The position numbers and the translations under genes were made by a program. The notes beneath the pieces are model-generated. The model was given only the letters and a program-made list of their open reading frames with translations. It did no database searches and was not told where the DNA came from. Positions 19,773-29,801 of a stretch of 64,000 bases of DNA are shown here, one piece after another (positions within the stretch are counted from its first letter, which is position 1; each line of letters begins with the position of its first letter). This DNA is from an uncultured Solirubrobacterales bacterium (GTDB lineage Bacteria; Actinomycetota; Thermoleophilia; Solirubrobacterales; Solirubrobacteraceae): the NCBI GenBank assembly GCA_963731355.1, contig CAVSUS010000004.1, positions 129,926 to 193,925 of the forward strand. Reading direction: 5' to 3'.

Positions 19773-20506
19773 TTAGACGCGCGCGGTGTCGCGTCGGTAG
19801 GCCAAGGCCGCGATCGCGGTCAGCACGACGGTCCAGCCGATCACGACGGTCCATGCGGTCAGCCCCCAGCTGTGGTTGTGGAGCGAGATGCGTCCGGCTT
19901 GGACGAGCCAATAGGACGGGAGGGCCTGACCGATGTCGTGCAGCAAGCCGTGAGTGACTGGGAACCAGGTGCCGCTGACGAGCGCGAGCAGTGACACGGT
20001 GCCGCCCATCGCGGGTCCGATCGCATCGACGTTGAGCAGATGCCCGAGCGTTATCCCGAGCGCGGCGAACGGCAGCAGACCGACGATGATCAGCCCGGTC
20101 ATCGCCAGCCACGTGCCGGCGGTGAGGCTGACACCGAGGATGGCACCGGAGAGGTAGAGGCTGGCGAGGCTGAGGGCGGCCATCACGTACGCGGTCAGGA
20201 CCTTCGCGCGGAGATAGGCCAGCGGTGCGAGTGGGGTGATGCGCAGCTGCCGGGTCCAGCCGGCCTGGCGCTCGCCTGCGATCCGCGTCCCGGTCGAGAC
20301 CATCGAGGTCATCGTGCCGAACGTCGCCAGACCGACCATGTAGTAGAGCGGCGCCGAGATCCCCGATCCGGAGAAGTCGTGTGGGCGCGGTTCGGCGCGG
20401 CGATCACGAAGTACAGGATTAGCGGGAAGACGAGCGAGAATAGGAAGAACCGCCGGTTGCGGAATGCACGAATCAGCTCGTAGCGGGTGTAGACGGCATG
20501 GCTCAT
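19773..20506 (-). pseudogene. ABC-2 permease, frameshift near 20385
   Basis: MSHAVYTRYELIRAFRNRR and HDFSGSGISAPLYYMVGL in different frames; paralogue of 7991-8725. Confidence 0.8.
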
Positions 20507-21483
20507 TGGTCCACCTCCAAGCGTTCGTGAGGTGCGGCGAGGGTCGTACCGGGTGTCCCGCCCCCGTTGGTGGTGAGCTCAAGGAAGGCGTCCTCGAGGC
20601 CGGCACCCGAGATCTCGATGTCGCGCGCGATCGGGTGATGGTCGAGCAGAGCTCGCAGCGCGGCATCGGAGTCCGAGCAGATCAGGATCACCGCATCCCC
20701 GTGACGATCGGCCGAGACGACGCCGGGCAGCGATGCCAGATCCGGCAGCTGGGCGCCGGGTAGGGTGGCCCGGATCGTGCGCGACCCGACGCGGGCCTTG
20801 ATCGCGGTCGTAGCGCCGTCCGCGACGATCGCGCCGTGCGCCATCAGGACGACGCGGTCGGCGTTGGCGTCGGCTTCCTCGAGGTAGTGCGTGGCGAACA
20901 TCACCGTCTTGCCGGGCTCGGCGAACCTCCGCATCGCGCTCCAGAAGCTGCGGCGAGCCTCGACGTCCATCGCGACCGTCGGCTCGTCGAGAATCAGCAG
21001 TTCCGGATCGCTGGCGAGCGCTAGCGCGAACCGGGTCCGCTGCACCTCGCCGCCCGAGAGCTTCTGAGTCCGCCGCCCGGCCGCGGCTTGCAGGCCCGCA
21101 AGCTCGATCACCTGCTCGACGTCCATGGGGTCGGGATAGATCGAGGCGATCGTCGCGATCAGCTCGCGCACCGATAGGTCGCGGATCAGCTCCCCGCGCT
21201 GAAGCATCGCTCCGACTAGCCCGCGCCTGACGGCGACGCGGGGCGGGCGTCCGAGGATCGACACCAATCCGCGGTCCGGGGAAGTGAGCCCGAGGAGCAT
21301 GTCGATTGTCGTCGACTTGCCCGCACCGTTGGGCCCGAGCAGCGCCACGACCTCGCCGGGCGCGATCGACAGTTCGACACCGCGGACCGCTTGCACCCGG
21401 CCGGTCGGGGACGGCCACGACTTCCCGACCGCTTCGAGCCGCAGCATCGGCACGGTTCCGTCGAGCCTGATCGCTCGGCTCAT
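20503..21483 (-). CDS. ABC-2 exporter ATP-binding protein, paralogue of 7047-7994
   Basis: GPNGAGKST, LSGGE, LILDEPT. Confidence 0.93.
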   Translation of the reverse strand: MSRAIRLDGTVPMLRLEAVGKSWPSPTGRVQAVRGVELSIAPGEVVALLGPNGAGKSTTIDMLLGLTSPDRGLVSILGRPPRVAVRRGLVGAMLQRGELIRDLSVRELIATIASIYPDPMDVEQVIELAGLQAAAGRRTQKLSGGEVQRTRFALALASDPELLILDEPTVAMDVEARRSFWSAMRRFAEPGKTVMFATHYLEEADANADRVVLMAHGAIVADGATTAIKARVGSRTIRATLPGAQLPDLASLPGVVSADRHGDAVILICSDSDAALRALLDHHPIARDIEISGAGLEDAFLELTTNGGGTPGTTLAAPHERLEVDQ

Positions 21484-21719
21484 CGCGGCCCCTCTCGCAC
21501 CAGGTTCTCAAACCAGCGCACGACACGCGGCAAGCCGACGAAGTTCGACAAGTCACGCGCGTCCCGCAGATGCCCGGTCGGGTGCTCTAGCTCGTGCGGT
21601 CGCCGGGGGGCTGCGGTGTGGCGGGCCTGCGCGGCCAGCCGGCTGCGATCGGCGGCCTCGAGCAGGTCGCGCCTGCGGACGGCGGCCAGCTGCTGGTGGA
21701 TGTAGGTGTTGAGGGCCAT
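21480..21719 (-). CDS. Small hypothetical protein
   Basis: GAGGAGG RBS; MALNTYIHQQLAAVRRRDLLEAADRSRLA; stop overlaps ABC start. Confidence 0.6.
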   Translation of the reverse strand: MALNTYIHQQLAAVRRRDLLEAADRSRLAAQARHTAAPRRPHELEHPTGHLRDARDLSNFVGLPRVVRWFENLVREGPR

Positions 21720-21788
21720 TCTGGCCTCCTCGATCGTGTTGGGTCGATCGGCTTCGCGCCGGCCTCTGGAATGCCGCCGAGAATCAAC

Positions 21789-22022
21789 TTATGCGGCGAG
21801 AATGTGCTCGTCGTTGTCGCGTCGGCGGTATCTGAATGGATGGTGGAAGGCATCAAGCGCGTCGGCAGCCCGGATTTCGAGTTCGAACGATTCGCCACTG
21901 CGCTGGTCCTCGAGTGCGACGAACACGTGATTTGTCCGTGGGTTCCAGAACAAGGTCACGTCGATGCCGTCGCTGGTTCGGTGATCGAGTTCGCGGAGCG
22001 CGGTATCGGATGTGGTGAACAT
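21789..22022 (-). CDS. Small hypothetical protein (RELDHR...DAFHHPF)
   Basis: AGAGGA RBS; globular-looking 77 aa ORF. Confidence 0.7.
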   Translation of the reverse strand: MFTTSDTALRELDHRTSDGIDVTLFWNPRTNHVFVALEDQRSGESFELEIRAADALDAFHHPFRYRRRDNDEHILAA

Positions 22023-22230
22023 GTTGTGTCCTCTTGACTTCTCAGAGAGTGGTCGCAGTGCACGCTTACGCAGACCCCTGGTTTGCTCGAACGAGAGAGT
22101 TCTGCGAGTGTTTGGCGAGTTGTTCTCTCAGACGGCGCGTCTAAGTGTGCGCGGAGCCTCGCACCGTCGGGCCATTGCGAGAATGCGGCCTGCTGGCGTC
22201 TTCGGTGCGGATAACCGCACCACCGCCCGT

Positions 22231-22932
22231 CTAGCTGCGAAGGTAGGTAAGTACGGCGAGAACGCGTCGGTGCGTGTCACCGGCGGCGGGAAGGCGGAGC
22301 TTCTGGAAGATACTTGTTACGTGTTTCTCGACGGCTCGCGCCGTGACGACGATGCGCTCTGCGATTGCAACATTTGAGAGCCCTTCGGCCATTAGCTGGA
22401 GCACCTCGCGTTCGCGTGGGGTGAGATCTGCGAGCGGATCGTCGCGCCGGCGACGGCCGACCAGAAGGGAGACAACGGAGGAGTCCAGCGCGGAGCCGCC
22501 GGTGGCGACGCGGCGTACTGCTGCTGTGAACTCCGGCAGATCGTTGATGCGGTCTTTGAGCAGGTACCCGATGCCTTCGGCATTCTGTTGAAGAAGCTCG
22601 AGGGCGTAACCTGGTTCGGCGTACTGCGAGAGAACGAGCACGGCGGTGCGGGGATGCTTGGCGCGGATCTCTCGAGCGGCTCGTAGGCCCTCGTCGGTGT
22701 GGGTTGGCGGCATGCGGATGTCAACGAGCGCGATGTCGGGGTCGTAGGAGCGGACTTTGAGCAGCAGGTCAGCCGCTGTCGCGCTGCGTCCGACAACATC
22801 AAAGCCTGCGTCCTCCAGCAGGCGCGCGACTCCCTCGCGCACCAGGACCGAGTCGTCAGCGACAACGACGCGGGTCCGCGTGTCGACGGGCGGCTCTTGG
22901 ACGCCTGCGGAAGGATCGGCATGGTCGTTCAT
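22231..22932 (-). CDS. NarL/LuxR response regulator
   Basis: VADDS, VDIRMPPTHTDEG, YLLKDR, LTPREREVL. Confidence 0.95.
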   Translation of the reverse strand: MNDHADPSAGVQEPPVDTRTRVVVADDSVLVREGVARLLEDAGFDVVGRSATAADLLLKVRSYDPDIALVDIRMPPTHTDEGLRAAREIRAKHPRTAVLVLSQYAEPGYALELLQQNAEGIGYLLKDRINDLPEFTAAVRRVATGGSALDSSVVSLLVGRRRRDDPLADLTPREREVLQLMAEGLSNVAIAERIVVTARAVEKHVTSIFQKLRLPAAGDTHRRVLAVLTYLRS

Positions 22933-23182
22933 ATCGAGATTGTGCGGGGGGCCTTGCACCGTGGAACACAGCCCTGACGACGGCTAGGCGGCGACGGCGC
23001 AGGCGCGCTTCTGTCACGGTCAAGGCTCGGTTCGAGCGACAGCGGGCGCGAGCGCATACGGATCACGTTATCGTCGATAACCCGCTTTCCATTGTCGCAA
23101 TCCTGACAGAGCCTCGCTCCGCAGCGTGGCAGGGCTGGAGCCCCCGGATTGCGCGCTACGCTCTTCAGAAAGGGCTCAGGCG

Positions 23183-23950
23183 GTGAGCGCGACGTCAGGA
23201 CCAATTCGGCGTGATCATTGGCGGCCGCCGTTTGTTCGGCGACGCTTTTCCAGGTGGGCTCTCCTGCTGATTGGCTCGGCCATGGTGCTTGGCGTCGCGG
23301 GCGTACTGGTTGGCGCGCTGTGGGTTTCCAGCAGAGGGACCGCTACGGTCTCCTCACAGTTGCCGTCGTCGTTGCTCGGAATCGAACTGCGTGTGCAGTC
23401 CGGCGACGTGGCGATCGTCGGTGGCAGTCAGACCGGAGTGTCGATCAGCAGGGAGGACCGCTCGGTGTTCGGGCATGGCCCGCGTGAGCGGCGGTCGATC
23501 AGCAGCGGCGTCCTGCGGATCTCCTCCAGCTGCCCGCAGTTGGTGATCGGCTCCTGCGCCGCGAGCTACCGCATCGCCGTCCCGAATGACATACCGATCA
23601 GCATCCGCGCGGAGCACGGCAGCATCCGGCTGGACGGCTATCACGGGTCTGCCGACATCGCCACTGACAGCGGCGCGATCAACGTCGAGGGCTATTGCGG
23701 CTTCGTCCTTGGCGCGGCCTCGGCTAGCGGTGACGTCAGCGTCCTAGCCTCCTGTTCGCCGGAGCGACTGTCGCTGCGCAGTGATAGCGGCAACATCGCC
23801 GCGACCGTTCCGTCCGGCAATTACCGCATCCAAGCGGCGTCAAACGGTGGCGGTACGATGGTTCGCGGGCTGGTGGACGACGATGGTGCGCCGTGGGTGA
23901 TCCAGGCACTCTCGAACACCGGCAACGTCAGGGTGAGCGCAGGCCGATGA
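23183..23950 (+). CDS. DUF4097-like beta-repeat membrane-anchored protein
   Basis: N-terminal TM; repeated SGDV/HGSI/SGAI/SGNI strands. Confidence 0.7.
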   Translation: MSATSGPIRRDHWRPPFVRRRFSRWALLLIGSAMVLGVAGVLVGALWVSSRGTATVSSQLPSSLLGIELRVQSGDVAIVGGSQTGVSISREDRSVFGHGPRERRSISSGVLRISSSCPQLVIGSCAASYRIAVPNDIPISIRAEHGSIRLDGYHGSADIATDSGAINVEGYCGFVLGAASASGDVSVLASCSPERLSLRSDSGNIAATVPSGNYRIQAASNGGGTMVRGLVDDDGAPWVIQALSNTGNVRVSAGR

Positions 23951-25401
23951 GGGCGCTCGGGCTCGAATTCGGCCAGTTGGCGTTCCCGCAGCGACTCGCC
24001 TGGGCGGCACGCTCACTGCTGTTCCTAGTTGCGAGCTTGCCACTGGGTGTCGCCTATCTGGTGGCGCTGCCGACCGCCGCGTTTGCTGGTCCTACTGGGC
24101 TGCGGCGGGCGCTCGAGCTCGAGCGGGCGCTCGTCAACGGTCTGCTGGGCGCGCGCGTCCCGGCTCCGCCGCCGGTCACGCCAACCACGTCGCCGGCACG
24201 ACATCAGATCGCGTTACTCGTCGCAAAGCTTCCGATCAGCGCGTGCGCCGCTGCCTTCTGTGCGCTGCCGGCCGTGCTGTTCGCGGAGCTGCTGCTACGT
24301 TCGGTTCAAGGGCTTGCCGGCAGCAGCCTATACCTTGGTCCGTGGCCGCTGGGGACGGCCACCGGTCTCGTGCTGTTGCTCCTCGCGATCCCGGCGTTCA
24401 TCCTGGCTGTTGGCGCCCTGTCTGGGACTGGCTCGCTGCTGTCACGCGTGAGCCGACGCGGGCTTCAGAGCCCGACCGGCGTCGGCGTCCCGGTCCGCGA
24501 GGCGCTCGCCGAGCGGCTCGGCGACCGGACGCTCGCAATCGCCTATTGGCTGCCCGAGAAACGATTGTTCGTGGATGAGCGCGGGGGTCCGGTAACCCTT
24601 CCCGAACCGGGGACGGGTAAGACTTGGACCGCGGTCGAGCACGAGGGAAGCCGGGTCGCGGCAATCATCCATGACGCCGAGTTGCAGGCTCGCCCCGAGC
24701 TCGTGGAGGCGGCTGCGGCCGGGGCGGTACTCGCGCTCGACAACGAGCGGCTGAAGGCCGACCTGCGTGCACGGCTTGAGGACCTGCGGTCGTCCCGGCG
24801 GCGGATCGTTGAGGCGACCGTCGAGGCTCGCCGCCGGCTCGAGCGCGACTTGCACGACGGCGCCCAGCAACAACTGGTGTCGATGTCCGTCGACCTTCAG
24901 CTGTTGCGCGGTAGGATCGCGGACGGCCCCACGATCGAGCTGCTCGACGACACGATCGCGAAGCTGGGCAAGGCGCAAAGTGAACTACGAGAGCTCGCCC
25001 GCGGGATCCACCCGGTGATGCTCAGCGAACGCGGCCTCGGCCCCGCGCTCGAGGCGCTCGCCCAGCGATCTGCCGTACCGGTGGAGCTCGAGCTAAGACT
25101 CGATGGCAGGCTACCCGCAGAGGTCGAGTCCGCGGGCTACTTCGTCGCGGCCGAGGCTCTGACGAACGTCGCCAGGTATGCGCGTGCAACTCATGCCCGC
25201 GTCAGCGCCAGCGACACCGGCGGCGAGCTCGCGCTTGAGGTCAGCGACGACGGCGTCGGTGGCGCCGACACGGCCGGCGGCAGTGGTTTGCGGGGACTCT
25301 GCGACCGCGTCGCCGCCCTGGACGGTGAGCTGACGGTCGACAGTCCAGCGGGCGGCGGAACCCACTTGATCGCAACGATCCCCTTCGACCGCCCCGCATG
25401 A
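23947..25401 (+). CDS. HisKA_3 membrane sensor kinase
   Basis: ERDLHDGAQQQL, EALTNVARY, GSGLRGLCDR. Confidence 0.93.
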   Translation: MRALGLEFGQLAFPQRLAWAARSLLFLVASLPLGVAYLVALPTAAFAGPTGLRRALELERALVNGLLGARVPAPPPVTPTTSPARHQIALLVAKLPISACAAAFCALPAVLFAELLLRSVQGLAGSSLYLGPWPLGTATGLVLLLLAIPAFILAVGALSGTGSLLSRVSRRGLQSPTGVGVPVREALAERLGDRTLAIAYWLPEKRLFVDERGGPVTLPEPGTGKTWTAVEHEGSRVAAIIHDAELQARPELVEAAAAGAVLALDNERLKADLRARLEDLRSSRRRIVEATVEARRRLERDLHDGAQQQLVSMSVDLQLLRGRIADGPTIELLDDTIAKLGKAQSELRELARGIHPVMLSERGLGPALEALAQRSAVPVELELRLDGRLPAEVESAGYFVAAEALTNVARYARATHARVSASDTGGELALEVSDDGVGGADTAGGSGLRGLCDRVAALDGELTVDSPAGGGTHLIATIPFDRPA

Positions 25402-26468
25402 TCGCCCGGCTGCGCGCGCTCACCCTGATCGCGTGCGCCGCGGTGGTGGCGCTCGTCGTCTCCGGCTGTGGCGGCACACGAGTGAACGCACTTCCGCAAC
25501 AGCCGGGGCTCCCAGCGATCGGGGCTGACCCGGCAAACGCGCCCGTCGGCGCCGCCGCTGGGGCCAATATCTTCGGACTGTCCCGCGAGCGGATGCGCTT
25601 CTTCGTGATCACTCACGGACAGGCGTCCGACCCCTTCTGGGCGGTCGTACAGAACGGCGCGCAGGCAGCCGCTGCCCAGCTCGGGGTTTCGGTCACATAC
25701 GACGCACCCGACACCTACGACATCGCGCGCATGCGCCAGCTGATACAGGCGGCGATCGCGACGAGACCCGCCGGATTGGTCGTCTCGCTACCGAACCCTG
25801 CCGCGCTCGCCTCAGCAATCCATGACGCCCAGCGGGCAGGGATCCCCGTCGTATCGATCAACTCCGGGAGCGACGCGTTCGCGAAGCTGGGGACCCTGCT
25901 GCACGTGGGTGAGGACGAGTACCAGGCTGGCTACGACGCGGGGCAGCGAATGCGCGCCAACCACGTCCACCGGGCGCTCTGCGTCATCCACGAGGCAGGC
26001 AACCTCGATCTCGAGCAGCGCTGCCGCGGCTTCACCGCCGCGCTCACCGCGGCCGGAGCGCACACCAGCGTGCTCGACGTAAACCTCCAAGAGACCAGCG
26101 CCGCTGAGCGGCTGATCGCAGGAGCGCTGCGCAAAGGAAGGTTCGACGGGCTACTCACCTTCGGCGGGTACGTAATCGCCAGCCCCGCACTCAAAGCGCT
26201 ACGAACTGACCACCTACTCGGCCGGCTCACCTACGCCACGTTCGGAATCAGCCCGCCAGTCCTCAACGCAATCCGCACCGGCGAGATCGCCTTCGCTGCT
26301 GACACACAACCCTTCCTGCAGGGATATCTCCCGATCGTGCTGCTCACCCAGTACCGCCTCTACGGAATCCTGCCCGATCGAGGAAGGCTCATTTCCACGG
26401 GTCCTGTCTTCATCACCAAACACGACGCAGCGCACGTCCTCGACCTCGTAAACCACGGCGTCCGCTAG
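25398..26468 (+). CDS. Sugar-binding (periplasmic binding protein type 1) lipoprotein
   Basis: Lipobox VSGC; THGQASDPFWAVV, GIPVVSINSG, QPFLQGYLP. Confidence 0.88.
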   Translation: MIARLRALTLIACAAVVALVVSGCGGTRVNALPQQPGLPAIGADPANAPVGAAAGANIFGLSRERMRFFVITHGQASDPFWAVVQNGAQAAAAQLGVSVTYDAPDTYDIARMRQLIQAAIATRPAGLVVSLPNPAALASAIHDAQRAGIPVVSINSGSDAFAKLGTLLHVGEDEYQAGYDAGQRMRANHVHRALCVIHEAGNLDLEQRCRGFTAALTAAGAHTSVLDVNLQETSAAERLIAGALRKGRFDGLLTFGGYVIASPALKALRTDHLLGRLTYATFGISPPVLNAIRTGEIAFAADTQPFLQGYLPIVLLTQYRLYGILPDRGRLISTGPVFITKHDAAHVLDLVNHGVR

Positions 26469-26527
26469 GACAAATTCGTTAGGTCTCTTAGCTGGCAGAC
26501 CGAACATCGTCGCTCCCTCCAGCCAGC

Positions 26528-26881
26528 TCATTCGACCAGCGCGCCGAGTGCAGGACCGGAGAGTTCGGCCTTCGGGAGGAAGCCGCGTGCACCGCTGTTC
26601 GCGATCATGCCGGCGAAGTCGCCGCGATCGTGGCTGGATGTGAGGACCACCGCGGGAGGGTGATCGTCGCTCGTGAGGCGCCGGGCGATCTCAAACCCGT
26701 CGAGGTCGGGAAGCCGTATGTCGAGCAAGACAATCGCCGGGTGCAGGTCCCGGGCGGCGGCGAGGGCGGATCGGCCGTCGTGCGCCTCGCCGATCACGTC
26801 GTAGCCGGCGTCCTCGAGTACCCGTCGGGCGCTCGTCCGAAAGCTGGGGTGGTCGTCGACGATCAACACGGTCCTGGCCAT
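26528..26881 (-). CDS. Single-domain response regulator
   Basis: LIVDDH, LLDIRLPD, GFLPKAEL; no output domain. Confidence 0.9.
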   Translation of the reverse strand: MARTVLIVDDHPSFRTSARRVLEDAGYDVIGEAHDGRSALAAARDLHPAIVLLDIRLPDLDGFEIARRLTSDDHPPAVVLTSSHDRGDFAGMIANSGARGFLPKAELSGPALGALVE

Positions 26882-27126
26882 AGCTTGATTGTTGCTCACG
26901 CGTGTGGTTCGGATGGTGCGGCTATCCGCACCCTGTTCGGCGTTTATCCACACCACTAGACGCCAGTGCGCCGCCTGGGTCGCGGCGTCGCCACGTCGCT
27001 CCGATCCGTGCCGCAGTACGGCTAACCGCACCGCAGGACGCCGGAAGTCCGTATTGGGTCAGCGCCAATCGGCTGTCAGCCTGACTGGCACTACCGAGAT
27101 CCACCTTCCGCACAGGAGCCACAGAG

Positions 27127-28587
27127 ATGACGAAGACCGCAGCGAACGATCGGTCCCGCTGGATCGCCCTCGTGGTGCTCTGCGTCGGGATGCTCATGAT
27201 CGTCCTCGACGCCACCATCGTGAACGTCGCTCTGCCCTCGATCCAGAAGGATCTGGGTTTTTCGCAGTCGAGCCTCGCCTGGGTCGTGAACGCCTACCTG
27301 ATCACTTTTGGCGGACTGCTCCTGCTCGCTGGACGGCTGGGCGATCTCACCTCCCGGAAAGGCATGTTCCTGGCCGGCCTCGGGGTGTTCACGAGCGCGT
27401 CGCTTCTGTGCGGGTTTGCGCACAGCCAGGAGTTGCTGGTCGGGGCCCGTTTCATTCAGGGTGTTGGCGGGGCGATGACCTCCGCCGTGATCCTGGGCGT
27501 GATCGTGACGATGTTCCCCGAGCCGCGCGATCAGGCGAAGGCAATCGGCGTGTACAGCTTCGTCGCGGCCGCTGGCGGATCGGTCGGACTTCTCGCGGGC
27601 GGCGTGCTGACGCAGGGAATCAACTGGCATTGGATTTTCTTCGTCAACATTCCGATCGGCATCGCGACGGCGGTCCTGGCAACGCGGCTGCTGGACCGTG
27701 ACAGGGGCGCCGGCTTCGACAACGGAGCCGATGTCCTGGGCGCTGCGTTGATTACCAGTTCGGTGATGCTCCTGGTCTATACGATCGTCAAGCCGGCGGC
27801 CGACTACGGCTGGGGCGATGCCCGCACGCTCGCGCTCGGACTGGCGTCTCTTGCGCTGCTTGGTAGCTTCATCTGGCGCGAAGCGACGGCGGATAGCCCG
27901 CTCATCCCGCTGAGACTCTTCCGCTCACGCAACGTCGCGGGCGCGAACGCGATCCAGGCGCTCTTCGTGGCCGGAATGTTCGGGATGTTCTTTCTTGGCT
28001 CCCTCTACATGGAGCGGGTGCTCGGCTACGACGCCCTCCAAATCGGGATGGCATTCCTACCCGCAACGGTCGTGATCGGGACGCTGTCGCTCGGCTATTC
28101 CGGTCGGCTCATCCTGCGGTTCGGCGCCCGGGCAACGCTCCTCCCCAGTCTCGTGCTGATTGCGGCTGCGCTCGGGCTATTCACCCAGGTTCCGGTGCAC
28201 GCCAGCTATGTGAGTGATCTGCTGCCGACGATGCTGCTGCTCGGTGCGGGCGCCGGGCTCGCCTTTCCGGCCCTGATGGCGCTGGCAATGGCGGACGTCC
28301 CGCAGGGCGACGCGGGTCTGGCCTCCGGCCTGGTCAACACCACGCTGCAGGTGGGAGGGGCGCTGGGACTCGCCGTCCTGGCCACATTGTCAACGAGCCG
28401 CAGCAACCATCTGCTGCACGGTGGGCACCGGCTTTCCTCCGCGTTGACGGACGGCTACCACCTCTCCTTCCTGATCGGAGCGGGGCTCGTGGTCGCCGCC
28501 ATCGTGGTCGCCCTGACCGTGCTGCAACCAGCCCGCGCTGCAACGGAGGAGACCCGGGCCGAACCCGCCTATTCGGAGATCGGCTAA
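27127..28587 (+). CDS. MFS DHA2 (EmrB/QacA) transporter
   Basis: LDATIVNVALP, GRLGD, WIFFVNIPIG. Confidence 0.95.
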   Translation: MTKTAANDRSRWIALVVLCVGMLMIVLDATIVNVALPSIQKDLGFSQSSLAWVVNAYLITFGGLLLLAGRLGDLTSRKGMFLAGLGVFTSASLLCGFAHSQELLVGARFIQGVGGAMTSAVILGVIVTMFPEPRDQAKAIGVYSFVAAAGGSVGLLAGGVLTQGINWHWIFFVNIPIGIATAVLATRLLDRDRGAGFDNGADVLGAALITSSVMLLVYTIVKPAADYGWGDARTLALGLASLALLGSFIWREATADSPLIPLRLFRSRNVAGANAIQALFVAGMFGMFFLGSLYMERVLGYDALQIGMAFLPATVVIGTLSLGYSGRLILRFGARATLLPSLVLIAAALGLFTQVPVHASYVSDLLPTMLLLGAGAGLAFPALMALAMADVPQGDAGLASGLVNTTLQVGGALGLAVLATLSTSRSNHLLHGGHRLSSALTDGYHLSFLIGAGLVVAAIVVALTVLQPARAATEETRAEPAYSEIG

Positions 28588-28892
28588 GTGGCGAAGGGGA
28601 CGGCTGCCGAGACCGCAAACGGCCAGGACGGCTCAATGAGCGTTTCCTGGAGCTGACCTTCGCGAGCCGTTTACCGCCGATGAGCATCCTGATCCGAGCC
28701 GAGCTGGACACGCTGCAAACCCGCGCAACACCTGGATCGTGCTCGAGCTGAGCTCGCTGATCAGCTCGAGCATCGCCGTGGCGCCGGCTACGAGCAAGCA
28801 CCTGCGTGACGCGCCTGCACGGAGCGGGGGCGCGGTGGTCGGCTCTCCGGAGTGACCGGCGCGGATCCTCCCCCAACCGGCCGAGCACCAGC

Positions 28893-29708
28893 ATGAGCAT
28901 CCATATCCCCACCCGGCGACGGAGATCGCAAACGCAACTAGCACGGGACCGGAAAGCTCGACGTCGCGGCCCCATGATCTGCGCCGCGGTGCTCGGGCTC
29001 GATGCGCTGTACTCGTTTCTCCTCATGCCCATGGTCCCCTCGCTGATCGGCCGAGACCCTGTGCTGCTGGAGGCGCTGCGCGCCTCGACCCCGGCGATGG
29101 TCGCCGCCGGCGCCTTCGCCCGGGTCGGCCAAGCGTCGCTCGCGCTCGCGCTGCTGGCTCCTCTGCCGACGCTGATGATGGCGGACCCCTTCACATGGTG
29201 GGCGGGCCGCCTGTGGGGTCCGGACGTCGGCAAGTACCTCGGCGGGCGCGGCCCGCGCAGCGGACGGCGGATGGACCGGACCCTGGGCTTGTTGGAGCGC
29301 TACGGCTCTTGGGCCGTGGTTTTCGCGTACTTCCTGCCCGTCCCGGGCGCGCTGATCTATGCGGCTACCGGCTGGACGGGAATGCGCCTGCGCCGCTTCC
29401 TGCTGCTCGACCTCGCGGGAACCACACTGTGGGCGGCGTTCGTCGTCGGGCTCGGCTACGCGATCGGGCGCTCGGCGGTCCACGTTGCGCACGGGATCAC
29501 GCACTACGGCCTCCTGCTTACGATCGCCCTTGTGATTGTGGCGTTCGTTGTAGCGGGCCTGAGCGCGCTGCGGCGAGCGGCCGCGGCACGAGCGCGGCGG
29601 AGTTCACGCGGGACCGATGGCGATGCCACATTCGCGCGGGTCGCGTCGTCCGATGCCTGCGAGCAACGATCGCCAGCGTCTACTCACGTGGATCGACCAC
29701 TCACCTAG
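28893..29708 (+). CDS. DedA family membrane protein
   Basis: DPFTWWAGRLWG, ERYG, GWTGMRLRRF; start uncertain. Confidence 0.8.
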   Translation: MSIHIPTRRRRSQTQLARDRKARRRGPMICAAVLGLDALYSFLLMPMVPSLIGRDPVLLEALRASTPAMVAAGAFARVGQASLALALLAPLPTLMMADPFTWWAGRLWGPDVGKYLGGRGPRSGRRMDRTLGLLERYGSWAVVFAYFLPVPGALIYAATGWTGMRLRRFLLLDLAGTTLWAAFVVGLGYAIGRSAVHVAHGITHYGLLLTIALVIVAFVVAGLSALRRAAAARARRSSRGTDGDATFARVASSDACEQRSPASTHVDRPLT

Positions 29709-29801
29709 TAGGGCTCAAACGTGTCATCCGACCACTCTTGGACCACGACCATCACATTTGACAACCTCGAGCAGGAGCAAAAGTGACGACCGAAGAGTTG
29801 T

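Noticed and set aside
28590-28890. Hydrophobic minus-strand ORF fragment
   Set aside because: No recognisable motif or start; too weak to call
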